This document shows, one piece after another, positions 28,071 to 38,093 of a DNA stretch of 64,000 nucleotides. Position 1 is the first letter of the stretch. Each line of letters opens with the position of its first letter. A program made the translations under genes and the position numbers. The notes beneath the pieces were generated by a model. The model did no database searches. It saw only the letters and a program-made list of their open reading frames with translations, and had not been told where the DNA came from. The stretch is from assembly GCA_041651415.1 (NCBI GenBank), contig JBAZJH010000002.1:111075-175074 (forward strand), in the 5' to 3' direction. The stretch is from Minisyncoccota bacterium. Its GTDB lineage: Bacteria > Patescibacteriota > Minisyncoccia > UBA6257 > XYB1-36-10.

Positions 28071-29408
28071 ATGGGGGATTTTAAAAATTTTTGGGACGAG
28101 GCGATTTTTTATTTCAAACAACCGGAGATGCGGCTGTTTTGGATTTTTTTGTTTTTAGCTTTTTCAATATCGGGAATAGAACTTTTTTATCTGCCGGGAT
28201 ATTTATCTTTAGTGACGTCTTTGATATTTATAGGAATAGCGGGAATCGTATTTTTCAGTAGTTTTAAACTGGCAAAAAATAATTTTGCGGTGCAGTTTGA
28301 AAAAAGACAATTGGAAGGAATGGTAACTAATCTTTATGACGGGATAATAGCCTATGACACTAATTTTAGAGTGATGATGTTTAATAAGACGGCGGAAGCG
28401 ATATTTTTAATAAAAAAAGAGGAGATTATGGGAAAAGAGTTTACGCCGCAGTTTGCCCAAAATCCGAGATACACGAGACTGGCGCAGATAATGTTTCCGT
28501 CGCTTGCGCCGGTAGTGATAACGCGGTCGGAAGCGGGAGTTTTTCCGCAGATAGTGGATTTGTCTTTTTCAGAACCAACAGCGGAGTTCAGAGTGACGAC
28601 GGTAAAAATGACGGATGAAAACAAAAAACTTTTGGGATTTATGAAAATAGTAAGAGACAGAACAAGAGAAATAGAAGCGGGAAAATCAAAAAGCGAGTTT
28701 GTGACGGTGGCGGCTCATCAACTTCGAACGCCATTAAATGCGGTTTCGTGGACTTTTGAAACTTTGTCGGGGGAAAATAATTTGCCGGATGATTTGAAAG
28801 AACTGATAAAAAACGGCCGAGTGGCAACGGAGAAAGTTTTAAAAACGGTAAATGATTTGCTGGATGTGGCAAAAATTGAAGAAGGAAATTTCGGATACGC
28901 GATGGAGGAAGTGGAGTTTACCGGATTTTTAGAAAATATTTTGGCGCAAAAAATGATTGCGGCCAAACAATACGGAATAAGAATGTATTTTGACCGGCCG
29001 CAGGATAAAAACTTAAAGATGAAAATAGACGTAAAAAGAATGACAATGGCGCTCGATAATATTTTAGACAATGCCATAAAATATAACGTAAAAAATGGAG
29101 AGGTGACCGTAAAACTTGAAAAATTAGAGGGAAAACCATTCATACAGGTAAGCGTGACTGATACGGGAATAGGAATACCGCCCGAGGAAGTGAAAAAGCT
29201 TTTTACCAAGTTTTTCAGGGGAACAAATGTGCTGAAGTTTCAAACGGAGGGGACGGGGCTGGGGATTTATATCGCTAAGAATATAATCAGGAGACACGGA
29301 GGGGAAATTTACGCCGAATCGACTTTGAATCGAGGAACAACGATTTATTTTTCTTTACCAACGGACCCAAATTTGATTCCAATAAAAGAGGTTTTTGTGG
29401 AGGAATAA
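28071..29408 (+). CDS. sensor histidine kinase (N-terminal TM helices, PAS-like domain, HisKA + HATPase_c); orphan, no adjacent response regulator
   Basis: H-box FVTVAAHQLRTPLNAV; G-boxes GTGLGIYIAKNIIRRHGGEIYAES. Confidence 0.85.
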   Translation: MGDFKNFWDEAIFYFKQPEMRLFWIFLFLAFSISGIELFYLPGYLSLVTSLIFIGIAGIVFFSSFKLAKNNFAVQFEKRQLEGMVTNLYDGIIAYDTNFRVMMFNKTAEAIFLIKKEEIMGKEFTPQFAQNPRYTRLAQIMFPSLAPVVITRSEAGVFPQIVDLSFSEPTAEFRVTTVKMTDENKKLLGFMKIVRDRTREIEAGKSKSEFVTVAAHQLRTPLNAVSWTFETLSGENNLPDDLKELIKNGRVATEKVLKTVNDLLDVAKIEEGNFGYAMEEVEFTGFLENILAQKMIAAKQYGIRMYFDRPQDKNLKMKIDVKRMTMALDNILDNAIKYNVKNGEVTVKLEKLEGKPFIQVSVTDTGIGIPPEEVKKLFTKFFRGTNVLKFQTEGTGLGIYIAKNIIRRHGGEIYAESTLNRGTTIYFSLPTDPNLIPIKEVFVEE

Positions 29409-29485
29409 GAAAAGTCAGTTAAAAGTTTAAAGTTTATAAAGTTAAAAGGAAAAAAATCATTAAATAAATGGATTGGAATAAAAAG

Positions 29486-29514
29486 TTGAAAGTTTCCAGC
29501 GGGCGTGCTATAAT
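29486..29514 (+). promoter_or_regulatory. promoter TTGAAA-17-TATAAT, giving a ~125-nt 5' UTR for rnj
   Basis: Consensus -10 with good spacing. Confidence 0.5.
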
Positions 29515-29641
29515 GAAGCAAAGTTTATTAACTCCTTTATTATTAAAGATATAAGCGACTCACTTTAAACAAAGAGATTTCGGGCGGAAGTTTTGTTTTT
29601 AAACAAACAACCGCAGGCTTTGTTTATAACGGGTAAAAAAT

Positions 29642-31390
29642 ATGAGAAAAAAGATAGAGAGCGAAGAATTCGGAGAAAGAGGCGTTTTTGAGTATTCAAA
29701 AAGACAGAAAAAAGCATCAACCGGAAAGAACGAAGCGGTTCGTTTTGTGCCGCTCGGAGGGCTGGAAGAAGTGGGAAGAAATATGATGTTTTTTGAATAT
29801 CAGGACGAAATAGTGATAATTGACGCCGGATTGCAATTTCCAGAGGAAGAAACGCCGGGAATAGATTTCATTATTCCAAACGTTTCTTATTTAGAGGAAA
29901 ACAAAGAAAGGGTAAAAGCTTTAATAATCACGCACGCGCATTTAGACCATATCGGGGCGATTCCTTACATAATCCATAAGATAGGAAATCCGATAATTTA
30001 TGCCACTAATTTAAGCAAAGAGCTGATTGTTAAAAGACAGGAAGAATTTCCGGCAAAAGTAAAACTTAATTTTCAAATAGTAAAAGAAGGAGATTCTTTT
30101 AAGATATCGGATAATTTTGAAGCGAAATTTTTCGGAGTGCCGCACACGGTGCCGGATTCGGTAGCGGTGATTTTAAAAACGCCGGTGGGGAACATGTGCA
30201 ACTTGGGGGATTTCAGAGTAAATTATGACAAAAAAGGAAATCCGCTGGGACTGGATAATTTTGAGAGAGTGGCGAAAGAGAATATTCATTCGCTCTTTAT
30301 GGATAGCACAAACGCGGAGAGGCCGGGGAAAACGGTTTCGGATGAAGTTGTCGAACAAAATTTGGAAAAGATATTCAGAGAAGCAAAAGGAAGAATAATT
30401 GTCGGAACTTTCGCTTCACTGCTTGATAGGATATATAAAGTGATTCAGATAGCCGATAGATTAGGAAGAAAGGTGGCGGTTTCCGGAAGGTCAATGCAGG
30501 AAAACATAAGAATCGCGCAAGGGTTAGGGTATATAAAAACAAAAAAAGGGGTTCTGATAGGACTTGATGAAATTCATAAATACAGAGACGATAAGCTTTT
30601 AATCTTATCGACAGGAGCGCAGGGGGAGCCGAACGCCAGTTTGATGAAAATAATAAACGGCGAGCATCGGCAGATAAGGATAAAGCCGGGAGATATGGTG
30701 ATATTTTCTTCATCCATAATTCCGGGGAATGAGAGAAGCGTGCAAACTTTGAAAGATAATTTAGCGAGGCAGGGAGCGATAATCCATCATTCGATGCTGA
30801 TGGATTTGCATGCCAGCGGACACGGATTTCAAGAAGATATTAAAACGGTAGTAAGAATTTTGAAGCCGAAATATTTCTTTCCGATTCACGGATATTATTT
30901 TATGAGATATTCAAATATAAACAATGCGGTGGAAGCGGATATGAAAAAAGAAAACTGCATAATAATGGATAACGGGCAGGTGGCGGAAATACAGAAATCG
31001 AAAATAGGAATTTTGCCGGAAACCGTGCCGGCTTATTACGTGATGGTGGACGGATTGGGCGTGGGGGATGTGGGAGAGGTGGTGCTTCGCGACCGGAAAA
31101 TGCTGTCGCAGGAAGGAATGCTTGTAATCATAACCACGCTTGATAAACAGACGGGAAGAATTTTGAAAAATCCGGATATTATTTCAAGAGGATTTATTTA
31201 TCTAAAAGAAAACAAGGAGATTTTAGACGAAGTGAGAAAAAGGATAAGAGGAATGCTTGGGAGAATGCCGGTTGACCAGCCGGTTGATTCGGATTATTTC
31301 AGAGGAATGATACGCGACCAGATCGGACAATTCTTATTTACAAAAACGAAGAGGCGGCCGATGATATTGCCGGTCATAATAGAGGTGTAG
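29642..31390 (+). CDS. rnj: ribonuclease J (metallo-beta-lactamase / beta-CASP)
   Basis: HxHxDH motif ITHAHLDHIGAIPYI, beta-CASP motifs and C-terminal domain; 582 aa. Confidence 0.9.
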   Translation: MRKKIESEEFGERGVFEYSKRQKKASTGKNEAVRFVPLGGLEEVGRNMMFFEYQDEIVIIDAGLQFPEEETPGIDFIIPNVSYLEENKERVKALIITHAHLDHIGAIPYIIHKIGNPIIYATNLSKELIVKRQEEFPAKVKLNFQIVKEGDSFKISDNFEAKFFGVPHTVPDSVAVILKTPVGNMCNLGDFRVNYDKKGNPLGLDNFERVAKENIHSLFMDSTNAERPGKTVSDEVVEQNLEKIFREAKGRIIVGTFASLLDRIYKVIQIADRLGRKVAVSGRSMQENIRIAQGLGYIKTKKGVLIGLDEIHKYRDDKLLILSTGAQGEPNASLMKIINGEHRQIRIKPGDMVIFSSSIIPGNERSVQTLKDNLARQGAIIHHSMLMDLHASGHGFQEDIKTVVRILKPKYFFPIHGYYFMRYSNINNAVEADMKKENCIIMDNGQVAEIQKSKIGILPETVPAYYVMVDGLGVGDVGEVVLRDRKMLSQEGMLVIITTLDKQTGRILKNPDIISRGFIYLKENKEILDEVRKRIRGMLGRMPVDQPVDSDYFRGMIRDQIGQFLFTKTKRRPMILPVIIEV

Positions 31391-31649
31391 AAAATTAGTT
31401 AAAAGTTTAAAGTTTATAAAGTTAAAAGGAAAAAGCTAGTAGATAATAGGTTGAGTAGATAAAGTTTTATAGTGGGATGGAGAATGATAAAAAGATAGCT
31501 CCTCTGATTATATCGGAGGAACTTTTGGTTTAAGGAGTAAAAAAGATTTGACCTTTTTTATGTTTAGTTATATAATATGGGAAGAATTTTGAAGCTAAAT
31601 TAAAGAAGTCCGCTTACGCTAAAACTATGGCGAGAAAAAGGAGAAAGAA

Positions 31650-32138
31650 ATGAACAGAGAAAAAATACTTGAAGGAGCCAAAGAATTTTTTTTTGAGGGG
31701 ATGTTGGCGAGATATTTCGGTCACCGAGATGGAAAAAAAATAACAAAGATAGAATCATCCGATGGTTGTAATGATATTGTGTTTAGAGATGGAGATTTTA
31801 AAGTGGTTGACCGGTTTTACATAACTCCGGATTCCGATTTTTCAGCGGGGACAACGACGATTTTCTTTGAGAACAAGCCGGTGTGGTGGATGGCTTATGG
31901 GGGATGTTATCCTGCTGAAGCCATTGCTTTTTTAAAAATGGCTTTAAAGGAGAATTATGAGAGAGGTACTTTTTTAGGGGGGAGAGGGCCAAAGTTAGTG
32001 GAAGAAGAAAATTTTGTTTATCGGAATGAAGTCAGAATGTCAGATTTCAAAATTTTTAATGGGCGGGAAAGTATTGTGGATTTAGAAGCTGAAAAGGAAT
32101 TGGGTTTTCATGAATATTTTGGCATGGCTTTAATATAG
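31650..32138 (+). CDS. hypothetical protein (162 aa) carrying a partial copy of the conserved leader
   Basis: Upstream ...AAGTCCGCTTACGCTAAAACTATGGCGAGAAAAAGGAGAAAGAAATG matches the leader family. Confidence 0.5.
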   Translation: MNREKILEGAKEFFFEGMLARYFGHRDGKKITKIESSDGCNDIVFRDGDFKVVDRFYITPDSDFSAGTTTIFFENKPVWWMAYGGCYPAEAIAFLKMALKENYERGTFLGGRGPKLVEEENFVYRNEVRMSDFKIFNGRESIVDLEAEKELGFHEYFGMALI

Positions 32139-32188
32139 CCAAACCAAAAGCAAAGAACTCTAAAGCCTGGAAATTTTTCCGGGCTTTT

Positions 32189-32314
32189 TTATTAAATCTC
32201 CGCTTCAAACTTCGCGCGCTATCTTAAGGGGTTTGAAGCGGTAAAGATTTAATAAACCCACGCCTAGGGCGGGGTGAAACTTGAAGAAACCACGGCCGTA
32301 AGGCCGTGGAGTTT
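32189..32314 (-). repeat. copy B of the ~125-bp MITE/REP-like repeat (inverted orientation), abutting the ileS stop codon
   Basis: Reverse complement matches AAACTCCACGGCCTTACGGCCGTGG...CACCCCGCCCTAGGCGTGGGTTTATTAAATCTTT...GAGATTTAATAAA. Confidence 0.7.
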
Positions 32315-35300
32315 TATTTTAGAGAAACAGAGATTTCGCCGAAGTTTTCAAAAGGGGAGGTTTTATTGATTCTTTGAGTATTAGCTTTTGAATAAAAGAT
32401 TTTTTTAAGGGAGCAGGCGGAACAGATTTCTTTTTCTTTGGCAGAAAAAATAGAGGAAAGATTTTCGGGAGCGGATTCAATATAAAGATTAACAAGCTCA
32501 CCAGGCTTTAAGTCGGCTTCACCGCGGAGAGATTGAATAAGGCGGATGAATTCACGAACGAGGCCTTCGGATTTCAATTCGGGAGTGATATTCAAATCAA
32601 GCCAAACTTCTTTTTTGTCAGGAAGATTATTTTCGAAAGATACTTTTTTAACGTTGACTTCGTCTTTTAGAATTTCGAGAAGATTGGCGGATATTTTTTC
32701 CGCTGATTTTATTTTCATTTCAGAAAGAGGCTGACGGACTTTGATGCCTAAAGCAGAGCGTTCGGCAAGGCCGAGGCTGGACCAATCTTTTACAAGAGTC
32801 ATTTCTTTTAAAAGCTTTTCGTTAAATTTTTCAGCTTTTGGCCAAGAAGAAAGATGAACGGAATTTTTGAAACCGGATTCTTTTTTAAGGGAATTAAGGG
32901 AGAGATAAAGATAGTCGGAAAAGAAAGGCGCAAAAGGAGCCATAATTTTACTTAGGGCGAGGAGAGAATTATAAAGGGCAAAAGAAGCGTCAAGGCGGTC
33001 CCGACCGAAACGTCGGGACAAATTGCCTGAAGCGATTTGAAACCTTGAGCGGGAACGGCGGATAAACCAGCGGGAGATATCGCTTAAAAGTTCTTCAATT
33101 TTTCTGCCAGCCGGAGGAATGTCATATTTTTCAATAAGTTCTTCCGTTTCTTTTATGGTTTTAGAGACGCGGGAAGTGAGCCATAAATCCAGAGGATTAG
33201 TGAATTTTTTTACTGACCCAGAAAGAGAGCCGTAAGTTTTCAAATAAAGAAGGCAATTTTTGACGATATTAAAAACATTAAGCGAGACTTTTTTTAGGTC
33301 GTCCTCGTTAAAATTTTTAGTTTCACCAGCGTCGTTTAAAGTGAAAAGATACCAGCGGACAGAATCGGCGCCGTATTTATCAAACATTTCCCAAGGGTCG
33401 ACGATATTGCCGCGGGACTTGGACATTTTTTTGCCGTTTTTGTCGTTGATCAAGCCAAGAGAAATGACGTTTTTATAAGGAGCGCCTTTTTCAAGAAGGG
33501 TGGAGATGGCAAGAAGAGTGTAGAACCAGCCGCGGGTTTGATCCATAGCTTCCGAAATATAGTCGGCAGGGAAAATTTTTTTCTTATCAATCAGGTCCTT
33601 ATTTTTGAAAGGATAACCAGAGGCGGCAAAAGGCATAGCGCCGGAATCAAACCAGACGTCGACAAGTTCCGGAATTCTTTTCATTTTTTCGCCGCAAGAA
33701 CAAGGAATTTTGATTTCATCGATAAAAGGGCGGTGCGGGTCAAGAAATCCGTCGTCGTTTAAAGGAATATTTTTAAAAGGCAGAGGTTTCCATTCGGCAT
33801 TTTTCAGAAAAAAATCTTTAACTTTAAGATTGTTTCCGCTTAAAGATTCCGCGAGAACGCGAAGAGGGTCTTCGTGCCCGACGATGAGAATATTTTTGCC
33901 GTCATATTTTTTGTCGATTTCTTTCAGAGCTTTCATTATTCTTTTTCTGACTTGATTCAGATTTTCTCCGTTTGCCGGGGACTGCTCGTATTTTTCTTTA
34001 AAAGAAGAAAAAAGCTTTTTGTAAGAAGAAGCGGATTTTTCATTTAATTCTCCAAAATCGGTTTCGCGAAGACGTCTGTCAAAAATTAAAGTTTTTATTT
34101 TCAGGGATTTTTTGATAATTTCGGCGGTTTCTTTGGCTCTTTTTAAGTCAGAAGAAAAAATAATATCGATATTCAACTTCTTTAATTTTTCGGCGGATTT
34201 TTCAACTTGAAGACGGCCTTTTTTAGTAAGAGAATTGGCTGTTTTTTCAGGCCAAGAGGAATTGAATTTGTTTTTATTAGAAAGAGCTTCGCCGTGGCGG
34301 ATGGCAAAAAAAGAGTTTTTTGAAGGAAGGGGAGAATCGGCGAGCTCTTTTAAAGAGCTGATTATTTTTTCTTGTCCGCATTTATGGCATTGCCAGATGG
34401 GAAGAGGTGTGCCCCAATATCTTTCTCTTGAGAGCGCCCAATCTTTGATGTCTTTCAGCCATTCGCCAAAACGGCCTTCTTTGATGTGAAAAGGAATCCA
34501 GTTGATTTTTTCGTTATTTTTTAAGAGAGCGTCTTTTAAAGAAGACATTTTAATAAACCAAGAGGAGCGGGCGAAATAAATGACCGGAGTGTCGCAGCGC
34601 CAGCAGAAAGGATAGTCGTGCTCGTAAAGATTTTCCGACAAAAAGAAATTATTTTTTTTCAAATAAGCAATTATTTTTTCTTCGGTTTCTTTTGATTTAA
34701 CGAAAAGGCCGGACAGTTCCGGAACAAAATCTTTAAAGTGACCGGACTCGTCGACGGTATGAACTTCGGGGAGACCGACTTCTTGGCCGAGGCGATAATC
34801 ATCTTCGCCATACATAACGGCGGTGTGGACGACGCCGGTGCCGTCAGTCGTTGTGACAAAATCGGCGGGATAAACCTGATAAGATTTTTCTGATTGCAAT
34901 TCTTTTATTTTGAAAAGAGGTTCGTATTTTAAGCCAACCAAGTCGGCGCCGGAAAATTCTCTAATTTTTTCTCCAGTAAAAATATTTTTATCAGAAAGAG
35001 GAGAAGCAATAAAGGCTTCTTCGCCATCAACAGACTTTAAAAGCGAATACTTTATTTTTTTTCCGACAGCTAAGGCGACGTTTCCGGGAAGAGTCCAAGG
35101 AGTGGTGGTCCAAGATAAAATAAAAGTTTTATTGCCGATTCTAAAGTCGCCGATTTTTTGGCCGGGAAGGAGCTTAAACTTCAAAAAAACAGAATTGTCT
35201 TTAACGATTTTATAACCTTGGGCAAGTTCGTGGCTGGAAAGACCGGTGCCGCAGCGAGGGCACCAGGGAATTATTTTGTGTCCTTGATAGAGAAGATTTT

Positions 35301-35823
35301 TTTTATAAATTTCCGAAAGAAGCCACCAAACGCTTTCAATATATTCTGGCTTGTAGGTGATATAAGGATTTTCAGTATCAAGCCAAAAACCCATTCTGCT
35401 TGTGAGATTTTCCCAGAGTTCTTTATATTGCCAAACGGAAGCGCGGCATTTTTCGTTGAATTTTTTTATGCTTTCCGTTTTATCTTTCGGAACCAGATTT
35501 TCAATCTCTTTTTTGCTTTTCAAACCGAGTTCTTTTTCAACCTGGAGTTCAACCGGAAGGCCGTGTGTGTCCCAGCCGGCTCGGCGGGGAACATTGAATC
35601 CGCGCATATTTTTGTAGCGGCAAATGATGTCTTTATAAGAACGGGCTAAGACATGATGAAGACCGGGTTTGCCATTTGCGGTCGGGGGACCTTCGTAAAA
35701 AACGAAGGTTTTGTTTTTGGCGTTTTGTTTAAGGGATTTTTCAAAGATTTTTTCTCTTTCCCATTTAGCGAGGATTTCTTTTTCAAGTTCGGGCAGGCTT
35801 TTATTTTTTTTTTCTTCCGACAT
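32314..35823 (-). CDS. ileS: isoleucyl-tRNA synthetase (type 2) with a ~170-aa histidine-phosphatase (PGAM-like) domain inserted at about aa 500-670
   Basis: HIGH-type PGLHHV, KMSKS, CP1 editing domain, zinc-knuckle halves WQCHKCG ... IPCSCGEKM. Between them: AIRHGEALSN (RHG motif), RETDFGEL, ILIVGHEDPL - a histidine phosphatase superfamily fold. Confidence 0.9.
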   Translation of the reverse strand: MSEEKKNKSLPELEKEILAKWEREKIFEKSLKQNAKNKTFVFYEGPPTANGKPGLHHVLARSYKDIICRYKNMRGFNVPRRAGWDTHGLPVELQVEKELGLKSKKEIENLVPKDKTESIKKFNEKCRASVWQYKELWENLTSRMGFWLDTENPYITYKPEYIESVWWLLSEIYKKNLLYQGHKIIPWCPRCGTGLSSHELAQGYKIVKDNSVFLKFKLLPGQKIGDFRIGNKTFILSWTTTPWTLPGNVALAVGKKIKYSLLKSVDGEEAFIASPLSDKNIFTGEKIREFSGADLVGLKYEPLFKIKELQSEKSYQVYPADFVTTTDGTGVVHTAVMYGEDDYRLGQEVGLPEVHTVDESGHFKDFVPELSGLFVKSKETEEKIIAYLKKNNFFLSENLYEHDYPFCWRCDTPVIYFARSSWFIKMSSLKDALLKNNEKINWIPFHIKEGRFGEWLKDIKDWALSRERYWGTPLPIWQCHKCGQEKIISSLKELADSPLPSKNSFFAIRHGEALSNKNKFNSSWPEKTANSLTKKGRLQVEKSAEKLKKLNIDIIFSSDLKRAKETAEIIKKSLKIKTLIFDRRLRETDFGELNEKSASSYKKLFSSFKEKYEQSPANGENLNQVRKRIMKALKEIDKKYDGKNILIVGHEDPLRVLAESLSGNNLKVKDFFLKNAEWKPLPFKNIPLNDDGFLDPHRPFIDEIKIPCSCGEKMKRIPELVDVWFDSGAMPFAASGYPFKNKDLIDKKKIFPADYISEAMDQTRGWFYTLLAISTLLEKGAPYKNVISLGLINDKNGKKMSKSRGNIVDPWEMFDKYGADSVRWYLFTLNDAGETKNFNEDDLKKVSLNVFNIVKNCLLYLKTYGSLSGSVKKFTNPLDLWLTSRVSKTIKETEELIEKYDIPPAGRKIEELLSDISRWFIRRSRSRFQIASGNLSRRFGRDRLDASFALYNSLLALSKIMAPFAPFFSDYLYLSLNSLKKESGFKNSVHLSSWPKAEKFNEKLLKEMTLVKDWSSLGLAERSALGIKVRQPLSEMKIKSAEKISANLLEILKDEVNVKKVSFENNLPDKKEVWLDLNITPELKSEGLVREFIRLIQSLRGEADLKPGELVNLYIESAPENLSSIFSAKEKEICSACSLKKIFYSKANTQRINKTSPFENFGEISVSLK

Positions 35824-35937
35824 GGTGGCTTTATTCTATTATAAACAAAGGGTTTTGTTAAGATTGACGAGTTTAAATAAAAAGAGTATAAAACAAGCAG
35901 AAGTTTGAGAATAAAAAATGAAAGGGAGAAAGAAAAA

Positions 35938-36117
35938 ATGTTTTCACAATCTAACTGGAAATGGAAGTGCAAAGAATGCGGGCACGAGTTTTATGGATTG
36001 ACGGAAAAAGAAGTACCAATAAAATATAATTGTCCAAAATGTGGGAGTAAAGAAGTAGAGAGTAAAGGGCCGATAGTTCACGACATGCCGTTAGAAAATC
36101 CTCATATAAAATACTGA
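35938..36117 (+). CDS. small zinc-ribbon protein (CxxC...CxxC), hypothetical
   Basis: KCKECGHEF...NCPKCGSKE; likely start at the MFSQSNW Met inside the track ORF 35905..36117. Confidence 0.45.
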   Translation: MFSQSNWKWKCKECGHEFYGLTEKEVPIKYNCPKCGSKEVESKGPIVHDMPLENPHIKY

Positions 36118-36302
36118 AAGGAGAAAGAAGAAAGGTTTTATTCTTTATGTTTTTGTTGTTCTAGGATTTTTTTTCTTTGTATCTTTTGTTTTGGGTGTTG
36201 TTTTCAAAATTATCTTAATTATCTTATTTCATGAGAAATGGCCGGAAATTTTTATTTATGAATTTCCGATATTGATATTCGCGGTTTCGAGAGGGGCCGC
36301 TT

Positions 36303-36420
36303 TTTTATTAAATCTCTGCGAAATCCCCGCGCTAACGCGCGGGGATAAAGCGATAAAGATTTAATAAACCCCACCTTTGGCGAGGTGAAGCTTCACGGCT
36401 TTATGGCCGTGGAGCTTCAT
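36303..36420 (-). repeat. copy C of the ~125-bp MITE/REP-like repeat (inverted orientation)
   Basis: Reverse complement: ...GCTCCACGGCCATAAAGCCGTGAAGCTTCACCTCGCCAAAGGTGGGGTTTATTAAATCTTTATCGC...GAGATTTAATAAAAAA. Confidence 0.65.
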
Positions 36421-36454
36421 TTGTGAAAACAGCCGATTTTGCTATATTTTAGGT

Positions 36455-36904
36455 ATGGCATTAGCAGAAAACAGAAAGGCGAGGTTTGATTATGAGATTT
36501 TAGACGAATTTGAAGCGGGAATAGAGCTTTTAGGAGGGGAAGTAAAATCAGCGAGAGAGGGAAGGATGAACTTGACCGGAGCGTACGCGATAATAAGGGG
36601 AGGGGAGATTTACCTTGTCGGAGCGGATATTCCTTTGTATCAGCCAAAAAACGCCTTAGAAGGTTATGACCCGCAAAGAACGAGACGGCTGCTTTTGCAT
36701 AAAAAAGAGATAGAAAGATTGGCGCAAAACGTGGAAGAGAGAGGGTTGACACTTGTGCCATTAAAAGTGTATGATAAATCCGGAAAAGTTAAGATTCTAC
36801 TTGGACTTTCCAGAAGAAAAAAGAAGCAGGATAAGAGAGAAAAGATAAAGAAAGAGGAAGTAAAGAAAGAAATGAAAAGAATATTGAAAAGAATTCGGGA
36901 ATAA
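36455..36904 (+). CDS. smpB: SsrA-binding protein SmpB
   Basis: ENRKARFDYEILDEFEAGIELLGGEVKS... canonical SmpB. Confidence 0.9.
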   Translation: MALAENRKARFDYEILDEFEAGIELLGGEVKSAREGRMNLTGAYAIIRGGEIYLVGADIPLYQPKNALEGYDPQRTRRLLLHKKEIERLAQNVEERGLTLVPLKVYDKSGKVKILLGLSRRKKKQDKREKIKKEEVKKEMKRILKRIRE

Positions 36905-36941
36905 ACCGAATATCCAGTTAAAAAGATTTAACCGGAAAAAT

Positions 36942-37319
36942 GGGGATGTAAGGAATCGACGATTTAAGGACGGTAGAAATGGCAGGCAGGATTGAAGATC
37001 CTCAAAATCTTCAAAAAAGAAAAGTGCCAACTTTAATAGGCAGCCAGCTTTTGCTTTTGCTTAAGCTTGGAAGCCGTCTTTTATAGGCGGCCGCTCACTC
37101 TTTCTTTTTGCCTGAAGAGGTAAGAGGAGCGAAAAAAAATTCAGGCTTTTCCGACTCTTTTCTCGGTTTTATGGGAAGGAGAAAAAATAAAAGCCGAACA
37201 AACAGAATTTTCTGACGCGCTTCAAGTTTTGTTTGTAAAAAAAAGAGCGCGCCTAAGCCATGTAGAAATTTTTATCAGTCGTAAATCGGACATGGGTTCA
37301 AATCCCATCATCTCCACCA
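36942..37319 (+). ncRNA. ssrA: tmRNA (SsrA); predicted tag reading frame ...ANFNRQPAFAFA*
   Basis: 5' GGGGATGTAAGGAATCGACG and 3' tRNA-like end GGACATGGGTTCAAATCCCATCATCTCCACCA; internal ORF gcc aac ttt aat agg cag cca gct ttt gct ttt gct taa; directly downstream of smpB. Confidence 0.8.
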
Positions 37320-37366
37320 GGGAAAAGTTTAAATTTTATAAAGTTAGAAAATAAAAAAACAAAAAA

Positions 37367-37903
37367 TTGCAAAATAGAAATTTTAGAGGAGGATTCTTTC
37401 GAAGGGGGCCTTTAGCAAATGAAGAAATAAAAGCGGAAGAGCTAAGAGTTATTGGCGACCAAGGAGAAAATCTGGGCGTGATGAAAAAGGAGGAGGCGAT
37501 CAATTTGGCGAAGGAAAGGGGGCTAGACTTAGTTTTAGTGAGCGGAGAAACAAGCCCGCAGATTGCCAAAATCATAAGTTTTGACAAATATCGCTATCAA
37601 CTGGAAAAAAGCGAGAAGGAAAAAAGAAAAAAAATGAAAACTTCGGAGCTTCGGGGAATAAGGATAACACCACGGGCGGCCAAAAATGATTTAGAGGTAA
37701 AAATGAAGAAGGTAGTTGAATTTTTAGAAAAAGGTGATAAAGTAGAAATCCAGCTTTTTATGAGGGGGAGAGAAAAAGGAAATAAGGATTTTGCCCGAGG
37801 AAAGCTAGAAGAGTTCTTAAAAATGGTGCCGGTGGAGCATAAGATAACCGCTCCGATAAAGTTTGCCGGCAGAGGGTTTAATGTGCAAATTTCAAAGAAA
37901 TAA
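37367..37903 (+). CDS. infC: translation initiation factor IF-3 (start codon uncertain; IF-3 often uses a non-ATG start)
   Basis: EELRVIGDQGENLGVMKKEEAINLAKERGLDLVLVS... ; infC-rpmI-rplT operon order. Confidence 0.85.
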   Translation: MQNRNFRGGFFRRGPLANEEIKAEELRVIGDQGENLGVMKKEEAINLAKERGLDLVLVSGETSPQIAKIISFDKYRYQLEKSEKEKRKKMKTSELRGIRITPRAAKNDLEVKMKKVVEFLEKGDKVEIQLFMRGREKGNKDFARGKLEEFLKMVPVEHKITAPIKFAGRGFNVQISKK

Positions 37904-37907
37904 CAAA

Positions 37908-38084
37908 ATGAAAAAAACATTCAAAAGCAGAGTAAAAACAACAAAGACAGGGAAAGTTTTAAGAAGAATGATGGGAGCATCTCATTTTCGGTCGAAAAAG
38001 TCTTCAAAATATAAGCAGTCAAGAAGAAAAACGGTAGGCCTGGGATATTTGATGAAGGCGATACAAAAAAGAGTAAAAAGATAA
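37908..38084 (+). CDS. rpmI: 50S ribosomal protein L35
   Basis: MKKTFKSRVKTTKTGKVLRRMMGASHFRSKK... basic ~58-aa L35; internal Met of track ORF 37863..38084. Confidence 0.85.
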   Translation: MKKTFKSRVKTTKTGKVLRRMMGASHFRSKKSSKYKQSRRKTVGLGYLMKAIQKRVKR

Positions 38085-38093
38085 AATAAAAAT

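Noticed and set aside
35158-35649. 163-aa plus-strand ORF within ileS
   Set aside because: Opposite strand of a canonical class I aaRS with HIGH/KMSKS motifs; frame artefact.
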